From contig NC_068982.1 of the NCBI RefSeq assembly GCF_001194135.2, forward strand, positions 64,929,839 to 64,993,838: a stretch of 64,000 bases of DNA. The letters are read 5' to 3'. The DNA comes from Octopus bimaculoides. Lineage: Eukaryota. Positions 1 through 13,284 of the stretch are shown one piece after another; position 1 is the stretch's first letter, and each line of letters opens with the position of its first letter. The notes beneath the pieces are model-generated. The model was given only the letters and a program-made list of their open reading frames with translations, had not been told where the DNA came from and searched no databases. The position numbers and the translations under genes were made by a program.

Positions 1-40
<40 letters not shown>

Positions 41-91
41 AATATCAAATCTGTTTGAAAATAATAGTGTTCCTTAAGAATTCTTAGCTGA

Positions 92-1105
92 AACATTATT
101 GGGAAAATACAGTACAGAATTATTCTTGATAGGTTCATTCAACATATTGAGATAATCTTTCTTCTTGAGTCTTAGTCTGGTTTATATGGTGGGCAAGGAA
201 CCAATGACATATTTTCAGACTGTTAGCTACAAGAAAAATGCACTGAACAGAGATTTGACTTCTGTCATTGCTTCATTGACCTCACTAAGACCATTGATTC
301 AGGAAATTATGATGCATAATGAGTAGTTCTCAAGTTGGTTGTGTTGATAAATTTACAAATAACAATTTTTCTGACATGATATAATTAATCATCATCATCA
401 TCATCATCGTTTAACGTCCGCTTTCCATGCTAGCATGGGTTGGACGATTTGACTGAGGACTTGCGCAACCGGATGGCTACACCAGGCTCCAATCTAATTT
501 GGCAGAGTTTCTACAGCTGGATGCCCTTCCTAACGCCAACCACTCAGAGAGTGTAGTGGGTGCTTTTACGTGTCACCCGCACGAAAACGGCCACTGTAAT
601 TAGTGAGGAATGCTCAGATATATTTTCAGTGATGGAGATATAACAGGGTGTTATAACTACTATATTATTTGCCATACACTTCACAATAGCTTTTTTCAAT
701 CATTTTCAACAGCTGCTTTGAAAATGTTTATATACACTACATCACAACTGGTAAGTTATTCAATTCCAGAGGGTTTAATTCTAAATTTCACACTTTTGTG
801 TCTCTGATAAGAGACCAGTGACTAATATTATCACAGACAATGAAAACAATCTCCAAACTCTTGTGGATAAAATTTTATTGGCATGTGACATATTAGACCT
901 TGTCATAAATCTTGATAAAGCTGTCGTTCTTTATCAGCCCTGTCATGAAAATCTCAAATAAATCTTAAAATAACAGTATATGGTAAAAGTTTGAAAAATA
1001 ACCCAACCTTTATATATCTTGGTGGTTTGTTGAACAATTACAGATCTTGATAATTTGCAAATAGAATTCAGAGATCATGAATATCTTTTGGAAAATTAAA
1101 ATTTT
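92..1105 (+). mobile_element. Decayed RTE-clade LINE reverse-transcriptase fragment, interrupted by a SINE-like insertion
   Basis: Manual translation gives GKIQYRIILDRFIQH..ES*SG..GTNDIF..LQEKCTEQ..FIDLTKTIDS (92-301), VYIHYITTGKLFN (~726-770) and LQTLVDKILLAC..VINLDKAVVLYQP (~850-940). These match RTE RT motifs. Stops and frameshifts are present. Confidence 0.8.
388..596 (-). mobile_element. SINE-like/LINE-tail repeat ending in (GAT)n, nested in the RTE fragment
   Basis: Reverse complement of the ubiquitous tail (gtggttggcgttaggaagggcatccagctgtagaaac...catgctagcatggaaagcggacgttaaacgatgatgat). Same family as 29032-29430 and 60026-60372. Confidence 0.8.
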
Positions 1106-1733
1106 CATTATGCTCCAAAAGATATAAATATATAAAATAATACTAAAATATCTAAAAGAATATTATTTGCTTGAAGCATTGCAAAATGTGTAAATGAGAT
1201 AAATACTTGAAAAAGCTTTTGAGCAATATAGGTGAGGAGTTAAAAGAAATATGTAAGTTGATGTCAATAAAGGAAAACAAAGAGAAAAGATATTGTATTA
1301 CCTTACTTAGGCTGTTCAATGATTCTAGAGTATTTCAGGAAAGATTTCCCTTTCCAAAATAGAAGAAAGAAAATATTCAAAGAATTCGAAGAAATATGTT
1401 GCTACCAGCAAATCATTTATCATTCTATTCTATTTTCAAAACATGCATTTTTTATAACTAATATCTGAATTTCTGAGATGAGGAATTATCATTATTATAT
1501 TATAGACTGGTATATCTGAGCTAGTTTTGATTATAACAATCAGTACAGTTGTTGATTGTGAACTTAGGTATTAGTTTGTCCACTTGGGTTGTTCTTTCAC
1601 ACTCCTGGTCCTATTCACTGGAGCAGGCACATTTGGACTGCATAACTCTTTATGCATGAGCATGTTTGCTTTGTGCAATTGGTGGCACATTAATGGTTTA
1701 CAGTGCATAATGCACTTCCATTTGCTTGTATGT

Positions 1734-2114
1734 GGAGGCGCAATGGCCCAGTGGTTAGGGCAGCAGACTCGCGGTCATAGAATCGCGATTTCGATTCCCA
1801 GACCGGGCGTTGTGAGTCTTTATTGAGCGAAAACACCTAAAGCTCCATGAAGCTCCGGCAGGGGATGGTGGCGAACCCTGCTGTACTCTTTCACCACAAC
1901 TTTCTCTCATTCTTACTTCCTGTTTCTGTTGTACCTGTAATTCAAAGGGTCAGCCTTGTCACACTGTGTCATGCTGAATATCCCCGAGAACTACGTTAAG
2001 GGTACACGTGTCTGTGGAGTGCTCAGCCACTTGCACGTTAAATTCATGAGCAGGATGTTCCGTTGATCGGATCAACTGGAACCCTCGACGTCGTAAGCGA
2101 CGGAGTGCCAACAA
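1734..2114 (+). mobile_element. Young ~380-bp tRNA-derived SINE (family B), copy 1
   Basis: A-box TGGCCCAGTGG, B-box-like TTTCGATTCCC, 3' end CGTCGTAAGCGACGGAGTGCCAACAA. ATTTGCTTGT is repeated at 1720-1729 and 2119-2128 (TSD-like). Confidence 0.9.
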
Positions 2115-2771
2115 TACAATTTGCTTGTTACTCACACTTGCATGTCCATCTTGTAATATTGAGTTGATCCTCTGAGTGTGTTCTTGATTAAATATCTTAG
2201 GTGGCCAATAAGAATTGTTAGTGAACTTCAATCATCATGTATGTATCTGCTCACACATATGTATATGTGTAAGCATCAATGCCATTGCATGTGTAGATAT
2301 GTATGGTTTGACTTATGTATGTGTACATATACATTCTTTCTATGGTGTATATGTGTGCGTGTGTATACACACACACACACACACACATTACATGTGAAAC
2401 TTCTGGAATGTTTTACATATTTTCACAGTTCAGTTAATGGATTGCAATGTGATTTCCTAATTAGCAATCTGCTTCTAGTTTTGTGACGCCTAGATTCTCA
2501 AGATTTCACATCATGGCTGTTAGTTAGATATTCAAATGTCTCAATATTCACAGCTATAAATCTAAAGCTATAATTCTGACAGAGTATCAGCAGATTTCTC
2601 CTTAGTTCAGCTTAGATTTTTTTTTTTGTACTTATCTTTAACATCATCTAATACAACTCATTTCCACTACTGTGCGCAATTTCTCTTCTTCATCTTGGAA
2701 CATTATGTCTGATCTGTTATGCTTATATTTTACTGAGGTTTTGACAGTAACATTTGACCAATTTTTTGTTG

Positions 2772-3429
2772 TCTTGGGTCATTATGCCATTAATAAATAC
2801 ATACACACACTGGTTCTATTTCACTTATTCATTTGTTAATAGGTTAACTATTTAACTAATCAGTTAGTTGATAATGATTGACTAAGCAATTGATCACACA
2901 ATCAATTAGTTAATTGGTTAAATACTTAACAAACTGATAAATAAAAATAAAGAAGGCACAGGCATGGCTGTGTAGTAAGAAGCTTGCTTCATAACCACAT
3001 GGTTCTGGGTTCAGTCCCACTGCGTAGAACCTTGGACAAGTGTCTTCTACTATAGCCTCAGGCCAACTAAAGCCTTGTGAGTAGATTTTGTAGACGGAAA
3101 CTGAAAGAAGCCCATTATATATATGTATGTGTATATCTATGTGTGTGTGTGTATCTTTGTGTCTGTGCTTGTCCCCCACCACCACTTGGCAAGCAATATT
3201 GGTGTGTTTAAATCTCTGTAACTTAGTGGTTCAGGAAAGAAACCAATAGAATAAGTTCTAGGCTTAAAACAATGTCTTGGAGTAAATTTATTTGACTAAG
3301 ACTCTTCAAAGGTAGAACCCCAGCATGGCCATAGTCAAATGACTGAAACAAGTAAAAGATAAAAGGTAAAAGGTAAGTGAAATAGAACCAGTGTTTGTGT
3401 TTATTAATGGCATAATGACCCTCCCAAGA
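2772..3429. mobile_element. Fold-back (palindromic) MITE-like element split by a family A SINE
   Basis: 2772-2827 (tcttgggtcattatgccattaataaa..cactggttctatttcactta) is the reverse complement of 3373-3429. The inner AT-rich part 2832-2933 is also self-complementary. Confidence 0.65.
2953..3365 (+). mobile_element. Family A SINE (tRNA head + CORE-like block + microsatellite + tail X)
   Basis: ggcatggctgtgtagtaagaag...ggttctgggttcagtccc (A/B boxes), then ccttggacaagtgtctt (CORE-like), (TA/TG)n, and a tail ending gactgaaacaagtaaaagat. Confidence 0.8.
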
Positions 3430-5236
3430 TATAATAAAATACATTTCAACACATGGGCTCACATCAAGAATCTTGCAAATCAAATACAAAAACGAAATAT
3501 TTCTTCAATATTCTTTCATATTGTGACTGAGTACTCTCTCTACCTCACCATAACCTTTTACATATTCATTTTCAGCTCTGTCCTTCCGATGGATTACATT
3601 GTATAATTTGTCCTATAAATTGGAAGGTTGCATTTAGTTGGACATGTTACACTGTATGTTTAGGGAAGACACTTCATTGTTCTTAGTAGCCTGATTAGTA
3701 TCGTATCTCTCTCTCTTCTCACTTTCCTTTTTCCCTTTTCCTCTTTCTCTTTCTCTGTTTTTCTTTCCTCTCTGCCATCTCCATTTCTCTCTGCCTGTCT
3801 GTCTTTATTTTATTAAGTCAAAGATGGCTGATTAGGATATTGTTTGTCATTTACATTGCTAATCCCTGCAGCTAGATTAACTAGGACCATATAACATTAT
3901 CTTTTATACATCCATCCTGTTTATAAAATAACAAAACACTAGTTGCAGATTTGAACTCTTGACCTATAAATCATGTTTTGTATATTAAATCACTAAGGTT
4001 ACATTACCTATTCAACCAACCATCTTCCTGCTATGTCATCTCATTAGGTTTACCATAAGCTTTAATATTTGAATTATTTAAGGTGGTAACCTGACATTCA
4101 TAAGCAGGCTTGGCAAAACACTTAGCAGTATTTCATCCATCTTTACATTCTGAATTCAAATTCTGCTGAGGTTGACTTTGCCTTTTGGGATCGATAAAAT
4201 AAATACCAGTTGAACACTGGGGTCGATGTAGTCAAAATTGCTAGCCTTGTATCAAAATTTGCAGCCAGTATTTCAATTATGTAATTATAATTGTGCTGGT
4301 GGCATGTAAAAGCACCCAGCACTCTCTGTGAAGTGGTTGGCATTAGGAAAGGCATCCAGCTGTAGAAACCATGCCACAACTGACAATTGGTGCCTGGACA
4401 GCTCCCTGGCTGGCCAGCTCCATGTCAAATCATCCAACCCATGGCAGTATAGAAAACAGACGTTAAATGAATATGATATTATTCATTTATAAAAATTTGT
4501 AATGTCTTAGTGTTTGTATATACCTTTTCTTCACATTACATGATGGTTGCAAACAATCATGCAAGCAATTTTGTTTGTTTCCAGTCTTCCATTGAAAACC
4601 TGTCTGGCCATGGGGAAATATTACCCTGCTTGGAAACAGGTGAGGACTGTTGACAGGAAGAGTATCCAGCTGTAGAAACTCTGCCTCAACTAATTCCATC
4701 TGACCTCTGCAAGAATGGAGAAGTAGATGTTAAACTGATAATGATGACTATTTGTATGAAAACAACTAGAGGCAGTCTTGCGGCTTTGATATTAAAAGTA
4801 TTGACTCAGTAGGTGAACATGGCTAGTGTACTATAGACTGAGTTAGTCTTCCTTAAGTTTCTGTCTTCACAGAATTATCAAGCCTGTTGAATTGATTGTC
4901 TTACATGTATTTGTTATTTTTACTGTATTTAATTTTGAATGCCATTTTACTTATTTCAAGTGAGGCAACTTTAACTTCTAATTGTTATCTTATATTTTAT
5001 CTAGCTATTCTGTAAGCTGAAAAATAAATACTAGTGACTGTTGAAATCATTAGGCAGTGCAAAGTAACTGTAATCAGACTTCCTGGATTATATATGGAAC
5101 TTGTATCTGGAATAATAAAGGTTTCCATAGTAAGGGTTTCCTATATACTTCAAGCATACATAATCAGCCCCATCCTCCTACATAGAAACATAGATACAGG
5201 ATGACGATGATTGTGGCACCTGCTAGATATAGGTCA

Positions 5237-5472
5237 TTAACCCCTTAGCATTCACAATATTTTGTCAAATGTAATGCTTATATATTCTTTTGCTTGTTTC
5301 AGTCATTTTAATGTGGCCATGCTGGAGCACCGCCTTCAGTCGAGCAAATCGGCTCCAGAACTTATTCTTTGTTAGCCTAGTACTTATTCTATTGGACCCT
5401 TTTGCTGAACCGCTAAGTTACGGGAATGTAAACACACCAGCATCGGTTGTCAAGCGAGGTTGAGGGGACACA

Positions 5473-5526
<54 letters not shown>

Positions 5527-6506
5527 NNNNNNNNNNNNNNNNNNNNNNNNNNNNNNNNNNNNNNNNNNNNNNNNNNNNNNNNNNNNNNNNNNNNNNNNNN
5601 NNNNNNNNNNNNNNNNNNNNNNNNNNNNNNNNNNNNNNNNNNNNNNNNNNNNNNNNNNNNNNNNNNNNNNNNNNNNNNNNNNNNNNNNNNNNNNNNNNNN
5701 NNNNNNNNNNNNNNNNNNNNNNNNNNNNNNNNNNNNNNNNNNNNNNNNNNNNNNNNNNNNNNNNNNNNNNNNNNNNNNNNNNNNNNNNNNNNNNNNNNNN
5801 NNNNNNNNNNNNNNNNNNNNNNNNNNNNNNNNNNNNNNNNNNNNNNNNNNNNNNNNNNNNNNNNNNNNNNNNNNNNNNNNNNNNNNNNNNNNNNNNNNNN
5901 NNNNNNNNNNNNNNNNNNNNNNNNNNNNNNNNNNNNNNNNNNNNNNNNNNNNNNNNNNNNNNNNNNNNNNNNNNNNNNNNNNNNNNNNNNNNNNNNNNNN
6001 NNNNNNNNNNNNNNNNNNNNNNNNNNNNNNNNNNNNNNNNNNNNNNNNNNNNNNNNNNNNNNNNNNNNNNNNNNNNNNNNNNNNNNNNNNNNNNNNNNNN
6101 NNNNNNNNNNNNNNNNNNNNNNNNNNNNNNNNNNNNNNNNNNNATATATATATATATATATATATAATGGGCTTCTTTCAGTTTCTGTCTACCAAATCCA
6201 CTCACAAGGCTTTAGTCGGCCCGAGGCTATAGTAGAAGACACTTGCCCATGGTGCCACGCAGTGGGACTGAACCCAGAACGATGTGGTTGGTAAGCAAGC
6301 TACTTGCCACACAGCCACTCCTACATTTATTTTGTTTTAAATTAATCCTGCATTACCTCCTTGCTCTGAGATTTTGATGATGCGATTGTTTATTTTTGGA
6401 ATAACATTAGAGTATAGGTATGAGAGGCCAGAATCTAGCTAATTTGAACATAAAACAGGTAGAATATTTTGGCTGGACATGGCTGGTTTAAATGCTAAAG
6501 GGTTAA
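5237..6506 (+). mobile_element. piggyBac-like TTAA MITE (~225 bp) interrupted by an antisense family A SINE (~5289-6325, contains N-gap)
   Basis: TTAA-cccc ttagcattc at 5237 and aatgctaaaggg-TTAA at 6506. The two halves join into the same sequence as the uninterrupted copies. Confidence 0.75.
5527..6143. other. Assembly gap (other gaps: 19582-19591, 26160-26345, 29449-29858, 41607-41616)
   Basis: Runs of N. The three large gaps border (CA)n or (TA)n tracts. Confidence 1.
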
Positions 6507-6769
6507 GCAAACCTTTATGTGGTCATTCAGCCTGCTAAAAATAGCAGCTAAATCTCTTTCAAATTACACCCACCATCTTAGATAATGTTATTCAAAGTAT
6601 ACTATATGTTAAAAATGTTAGGATGACTTCAACATGAATGCTTTTGATCATAGGTCTCCTCTATCAGAACTGATTTGGAATACATCATTATCATTCCCAT
6701 GAAACATCTTTGATCAGAGATCTGCTGTCAAGGCTCAATGGGACTAAACAACTTCATCATCATTATCAT

Positions 6770-6810
<41 letters not shown>

Positions 6811-7289
6811 GTAGTATTCACATTTTAAAGCTAGTGGATCTCGGTGTCTTTTTCAATTTCCGTCTTATCCTACGCTGAGTCCCAAATAATCTGCTACATG
6901 ATTCCCAACCACTTCCCTGCTACTCCCTCATTACCTTTTAACAGCTGTTCCTTTCTTTACTGTTGTCTACTTCATCTTTCAAAATATCTAAAAATATTCA
7001 ATAGAAAAGATGGAAGTGTATTTATAAATTTTATTATTGTTTGTTGAAGGTGAGTTGGCAGAATTGTTAGAGCACTGGAAAAATACTTTCCAGTATTTGT
7101 TCCAGCTCTTTACATTCTGAGGTCAACTTTGCTTTTCATCCCTCGGGGGATAAAGTAAGGAACCAGTCATGTACTGGAGTTGATATAATCAACTATTCCT
7201 TTTCAATCATATTTCAGGCCTTAGACAATAGTTATTATTTATTGATGTCTGTGTTGAAAGTTATGATCATGAATGAAGATTTAGGATAG

Positions 7290-7612
7290 AGGCAGGACAT
7301 CAACATTGACTTTGCAGGCTCACTGTTGGTTGATGAGATCAATAGGGATAGACCATATCAAGGATCAATGTGACAAACACTTAAGAGATTTCTTTAGAAT
7401 GTTCATATACTATTTCTTTGGTACTCCTCTGTCATAGTGGCCAGTAGAGAGTTTGCCATACAGCACAGTCTCAGGTAGGCAATGATCTTCTATCCTGAAA
7501 ATGTGTCCTACCTTGTGCACTTGTAACTTTATCAGCTTGGTCTTCATGCTAGCAGCTTCTACCTGTTCAAGCATGTCACTGTTGGTAACATATTCGTTGA
7601 GGTAAATTTTCT
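7290..7612 (-). mobile_element. RTE-clade LINE 3' ORF fragment (antisense)
   Basis: Minus-strand translation NEYVTNSDMLEQ..KLQVHKVGHIFRIEDHCLPETVLYGKLSTGHYDRGVPKK*YMNILKKSL matches the RTE C-terminal pattern QLRWAGHV.RM.D.RLPK.VLYGEL..G.R.RG.PKKR. Confidence 0.8.
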
Positions 7613-7782
7613 ACAACTTGATGCCCTTCTTGTTTGAACTGTTTCCTGTTTCCAAGTAAAGTAAATATTTTCCCATCAGATATGTTTTCCTAAGAGATTG
7701 GAAATGGACACCACTTGTATGACAGTAACAGTTACAACTATCATATGATGCCAAGACAGACAGATACACTCACATCCATGCT

Positions 7783-7832
<50 letters not shown>

Positions 7833-10800
7833 ATTAGCTTCTTTCAGTTTCCATCAACTGAATCCACTCACAAGGGTTTGGTTAGTCTGGGGTAAGTAGA
7901 AGTCTGTTTTGTCTGGTTTCATGTAAGTCTAACAACTGAAAGATTATGGTTTCAACATAGCTGAGTCTTGTTTGTTTCTAGACTTTATATGTCAGTGAAT
8001 GTCTAGGATAAATCATCTGGTTGTGTAGAGTTTCAAAGAAAATTATGTAACACACTATAAAGATAAATTGTATATAAGAATACATTTTAAAACAACCATT
8101 GTATTTGCACAGTTGGCTTTTGAAAGTTTGTATGCTATCCATAGAGATTATTCTAATTGCAGCTTCCAGATTGTTCTAATTGTAGCATATTATTAATAGT
8201 CTGCTGTATAAAGCTTCTTTTCATAGTATGGGTTTTAGTATCAGACATCAAGAGGGCTTAAAAAATGTGAACATGCATTTGCTCCAATAAAAATATGCTC
8301 TATCCATATAAACATTAAAAAAAAAAATGGATGTGAAGCAATTTTTTTTTTTTTTAAAATCAATTCAGAGAATATGAGCTGGCAGAAATTGATTAAACAG
8401 TTTGTAATACTGAAGTTAATCCTTTATGATATCTTTATTACTCTATCTTCTAAGTTCAAATCCAGCTATGGTGGGGGTTATCAATAAAATAAGGATCAGT
8501 AATATACAAGATGAGTCAATCAGCTATAGCTTCCCCTTTCTAGAACTAACCTTGCACTTGGTAAAAAGAAAATCAATATTGGTTTAAATGTTAGTATCTT
8601 TATCCATCCAAGTATGAGTGGTAGTGATAGTCAGCAACAACTGCTGCTTATATCTGTGTTATAAACACTACCTAGAGAGTGGTAGGTTGATTGAAGCAGT
8701 TAAAGTATTAGACAAAATGCTATGGAAACTGTGGTATAAATGATAGCATGTTTATATGGCGTGACTCTCCTCAGTGGCTTCATTGGTGCTTTTAGGCAGC
8801 AATGGATGGTAGAAATGGTAGAGTCAAACAAGATAAATGTCTTATAGTATTTAGTTTAATTTTTTACATTCTACAGGCATAGGCATGGCTGTGTGATTAA
8901 GAAGTTTGCTTCCCAACCATGTAGTCTTGAGTTCAATCCCACTGCACATCAACTTGGGCAAGTGTCTTCCATTATAGCATTGAATCGTTCAAAGCCTTGT
9001 GAAAGGACTTGGTAGACAGAAACTGAAAGAAACCTGTTGTGTGTGTGTGTGTGTGTGATCAGCATCATCATAATTGTGTACCCTTGTCTCAACATCACAT
9101 GATAATTGTAAATGAGCATCATCATCATAATACAAACAAGGTTCAGTTCTGGTCTTCTGTGAAAAATATATTGTTTGACCATAGGGAAAATGTTACTTGT
9201 AAACAAGTGAGGGTTAGCAACAGGAAGAGCATCTGACCATAGAAAATCTACCTCAACAAATTCCATCTGACCAATCCTTGTGAGCATGGAAAAGTTGACA
9301 TTAAATGATGATAATGATGATGATTCAGATCTGGTTATAGATGACAATCCTGAGTTCAATCAATGTACTGGAATTGATTCAATTTGTTACGCTATTCCTT
9401 ACAAATTTGTGGCTACATGCCAATGCAAAGAATCAATATTATAATCACTGGGTTCTCAAGGATTGAGGTTTTAAGACACAATCCCATATTGTAGCTGATT
9501 CAGTTCTTTGGTGGGGGTTATTGGTCCTGCAGACTCTTTCAGTTTCTGTCCATCTCTTGTTCTTATTGTTGTTTTTAACTTCTGGCCAAACCTTCATTGA
9601 GTAGACTACCCAGTCATTTTATGATTATCTGTGAGTATATTATCTAATGTGTCCTTCCCTTTTATTAAGACAGTGTGAGTCAGAGATTTAGCAGCTATTT
9701 CTAGCTGGTTGAGTGGCTTTGCAGAGGCTCTGTTTTTGGTTTGTTTGATCAAACAAACCTCTTTTCTAAGGGTACCACCCATGACAATCTCATCTCAGGT
9801 TTAGACAATGTATCCAAGATCGTTCAAAGTTCTATTTTTTTTTTAAAGCAATGGAATGTGATTTGAGGGAGATTTGGCTGCTAGTTCTAACAGTTTGAGT
9901 GTCCGTACAGACTTGTTTGTGAGTTTATATCAGTTATAAGCTGCAGGTTATAACAGCTTCAGTGAAATATAGACTGATGTTAATTAATTATTAATGAGCA
10001 CTATTATATTAATTTCTGTCAAGAGTCAATGATGTTGACACAGTCAATAAAATATAAATGAAATACAGAGATTGTAGCAGCAGCAGCAGCAGTAATGATA
10101 GTTATATGGTGGTTGTAGTAGTTGTAGCACTTTCTACTTTGGCTGTCTTCATTTGGGAAGGAACTCTACAACCTGTTATATATTACACTAGTCATAATAG
10201 CACGTGTGTGAATGTGTGCTTCTTTTTACATATATTTTTGTCTCCCATTCCTTTATATATTATGCATGTGTGTATTTACATGTGTATAAATGTGTGTGTA
10301 CACACACACACATACACACATATATATATATATATGCAGCATCCAATCTGTCGAGCCAGTGCAATGGCACAGATCCTCTTGGAAGATGGTTCAATTGATC
10401 AGTAATGAACTGAGCAGGTTGGCCAGAATGTAGAGAGCTTGTGAAGTTAAATTCCTCTTCTTTGGAGCATGTAAACCATTTGTGTACGTGTCTGAAATGA
10501 CTTTGCAGTTTTGAAACCTTCATCGAAAGCTAAGAGAAGCAAATATGGAAAATACTCTTTTTTGTTTATTTTTCTACTTGGTATTTGATCCATCATCAAA
10601 TGTCTGAAAAGAGTTGAAATTTATTCAAACTTCAAAACCAATAGACAAAAGTTGTATTGGAAGAACAGAGCTACAAAAAAAAAAAAAAAAAAAAAATCAA
10701 ACAGTGACTGTGAGGTTAAGGTGCCATGCTGCTTTCCTTTATCATATGACATGATTATAAGCTGCCTGACTGAACAAAAATACAGATTACACTCCTACTC

Positions 10801-10897
10801 TATAGTTGAGTGGTTTGTGACAGGAAGGGCTCTCAGCCTTAAATGCAGTTAGTCTAACAAATAAATTAAGCCATCTATGCAAACATGAAATATGGTT

Positions 10898-10934
<37 letters not shown>

Positions 10935-11330
10935 TCTCTCTCCCTCCCTCTCTCCCTCTCTCTCTCTCTCTCTCATATGTATCACACACTCACTACTACA
11001 ACTGGAGGCTAGCTTTGTAGCGTGAAACCATGCTTTTGTTAATTGTTTTAGGTGCTTAGCTGGGTAGTTGTTTGCAATACCAGTGGATGAATTATTCACT
11101 GTTTGCTATATTAGAAGCAACAGATCTCCTCTATGCATGTAGCTGGCTACAAATAGACATCATTGACAAGGTCCTAAAAGGCTGAAATGCATCTGATGTC
11201 CTCACTAGTTACTGCCAGGATGAGTTTTGTCTGCCTCTGATATACATTCTGTTTTGAAATACAGCATATCCATAAGAGATGTTATCCTAAGGTGAATACC
11301 ATAGTAACTTGCCTGTGGATAGTATACATT

Positions 11331-11520
11331 CCATTAGCATTTAAACCAGCCATAGCCAAAATATTTCACCTGTTTTATGTTCAAAATGATCAGGTCTGGC
11401 CTCTCACATTTACCTTAGAATATTGTTCTAAAAATATACACTCACGCCATTGAAATTTCAAAGTGACATGAATAAATAAATATTACACTTGACAAAGTAA
11501 TCTGAATGCTAAAGGGTTAA
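11331..11520 (-). mobile_element. piggyBac-like MITE copy
   Basis: ccattagcatttaaacc...gtaatctgaatgctaaagggTTAA; reverse orientation of the family. Confidence 0.75.
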
Positions 11521-12946
11521 ATATTATGATAAATAGGTGGTTATATTATTTGATACTGATTCTACTGTGTACACCAGATTAGATAATGATACTAACACTC
11601 TTGGGTCTCCCACCTTTGATCTAGCTTAGTGGTTCTCAACTGGGGGTCCATATGACCTTTGGTGAGTACATATGACCCTTGTGGAGATTTCATATATGAT
11701 TTTGTTGTTAAAATTTATGGTCAATATATTGGTAATACTTCTATAATATACAAAATATTTTATCAATTTTTTATACTCCTCCAAATAATACTGAAAAAGA
11801 TGAAAGCAAAGGTAACCTCAGTGAATTTTGAATGTAGAGTACAGAGAGCTGGCATAAATATTGCAATGCATTCTATCCAATTTCTAATGGCTTTGATTTC
11901 ATTTGTCACATATATAGACACGTGTGTGTGTGAGTGTGTGTAGTAGGTCTGTTTTGGATTTACATATGGTAGAGAAATATCAATATGTAAATTAGTTTAA
12001 TAAGTGATTTGGAATGAAGAGTGACTCAGGAGCTGTAGGCTATTGAGTCATTCCTGTAACTTCAGCTGACAAAAGAACTATGTGTGTGTGCATCATCATC
12101 ATTGTTTTATATTTGTCTTTGTAAGCTAGTGTGGGTTGAACAAGTCTGTCAGCTCTTCATCATCTGATACACCCATACATAGAGTAAACTTACCTTCTAT
12201 TTATTTCTGTTGTGTTTTTACAGGTGGATCTCTTCCTATTACCAATCAAAATCCATTTTCATTATGAGCTTAGTTCATTTTATTATGCCACTGATATGAG
12301 AGGTGCTATTGGTTGAGACTAAAGTGTACCTGCTATCAGCTTTTATTCAAAGTCATTACTTTCCTAGCATGCAGGGTCTACATCTGTTTCTTCTTTTTCT
12401 CCCATGGTTTTTATATACCAAATCTTAGCTTCAATTGGCAATAAAATTAATGATGAAAATTGCATTCACTTTTACCTCCTATGTCAAGTAAAGACTGGAT
12501 AACTGACAAGTTTATTAACACACATATCTAATCCACCCCCTAAACACACACACACACAAATTCTTCAGATGCCTTAAAAGCACACACATAGCCTTGACAC
12601 AACTTCATGGGTCATTGGTGTTAATATCATTTCTAGAGATGTAAGCCTTTTCCCATGAAGGCCAATGAAGTACTTGTAGTCTCTATACATAACAGTTGAT
12701 CTTAGTAATTTCCTTACCGCAGGCAGGTAGGATTGGTGTTATTGGTCTTCAGTCTAAATACCTCTGAAATTGTAAGGAAATTTAGTGAAGGTACAATTTT
12801 GGCAACAAAAATTCAAAAGCCTAACTATTTTGTGAAGTTTCAGCAAAGAATTTAGTGTGAGAACTATGAAGTTAGGCACAATAGATTGGTGTGGGGAGGA
12901 AAAGAAACAAGTGCACTGGATGCACTGTTAGCTAATCAAGAGGAGC

Positions 12947-12999
<53 letters not shown>

Positions 13000-13284
13000 C
13001 AGCAGTAGAAGAAGAAGAAGAAGAGATGGGTTGGGGAACAATAAGTCTGAATAAGTGGTCGAAGCATGTTGGTGATAGAATCTTTGCCAGTCAGTTGGAT
13101 GGCTTTATTTGGAATGTCATCTTGAATACTTATGTATGAAACTGCAAATATGTTAACAGAACTTTAATGTGGATTCTACATGAGCTTTGTAGAGAATTAC
13201 TAAATAATGAAAACTGAAATATTGGTGGGGAGAGTGGCATCTAAAGAGGAAACTTAATCTTAGGTAAACTGTTTAAAAATGTTA

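Noticed and set aside
5447-6232. Long ORFs spanning N-runs (also 26056-26424 and 29394-30610)
   Set aside because: They are open only because Ns contain no stop codons.
12224-12320. Strong-looking acceptor (tgtgtttttacag|GTGG) as an extra exon
   Set aside because: No convincing donor and no Par-4-like peptide in any frame.
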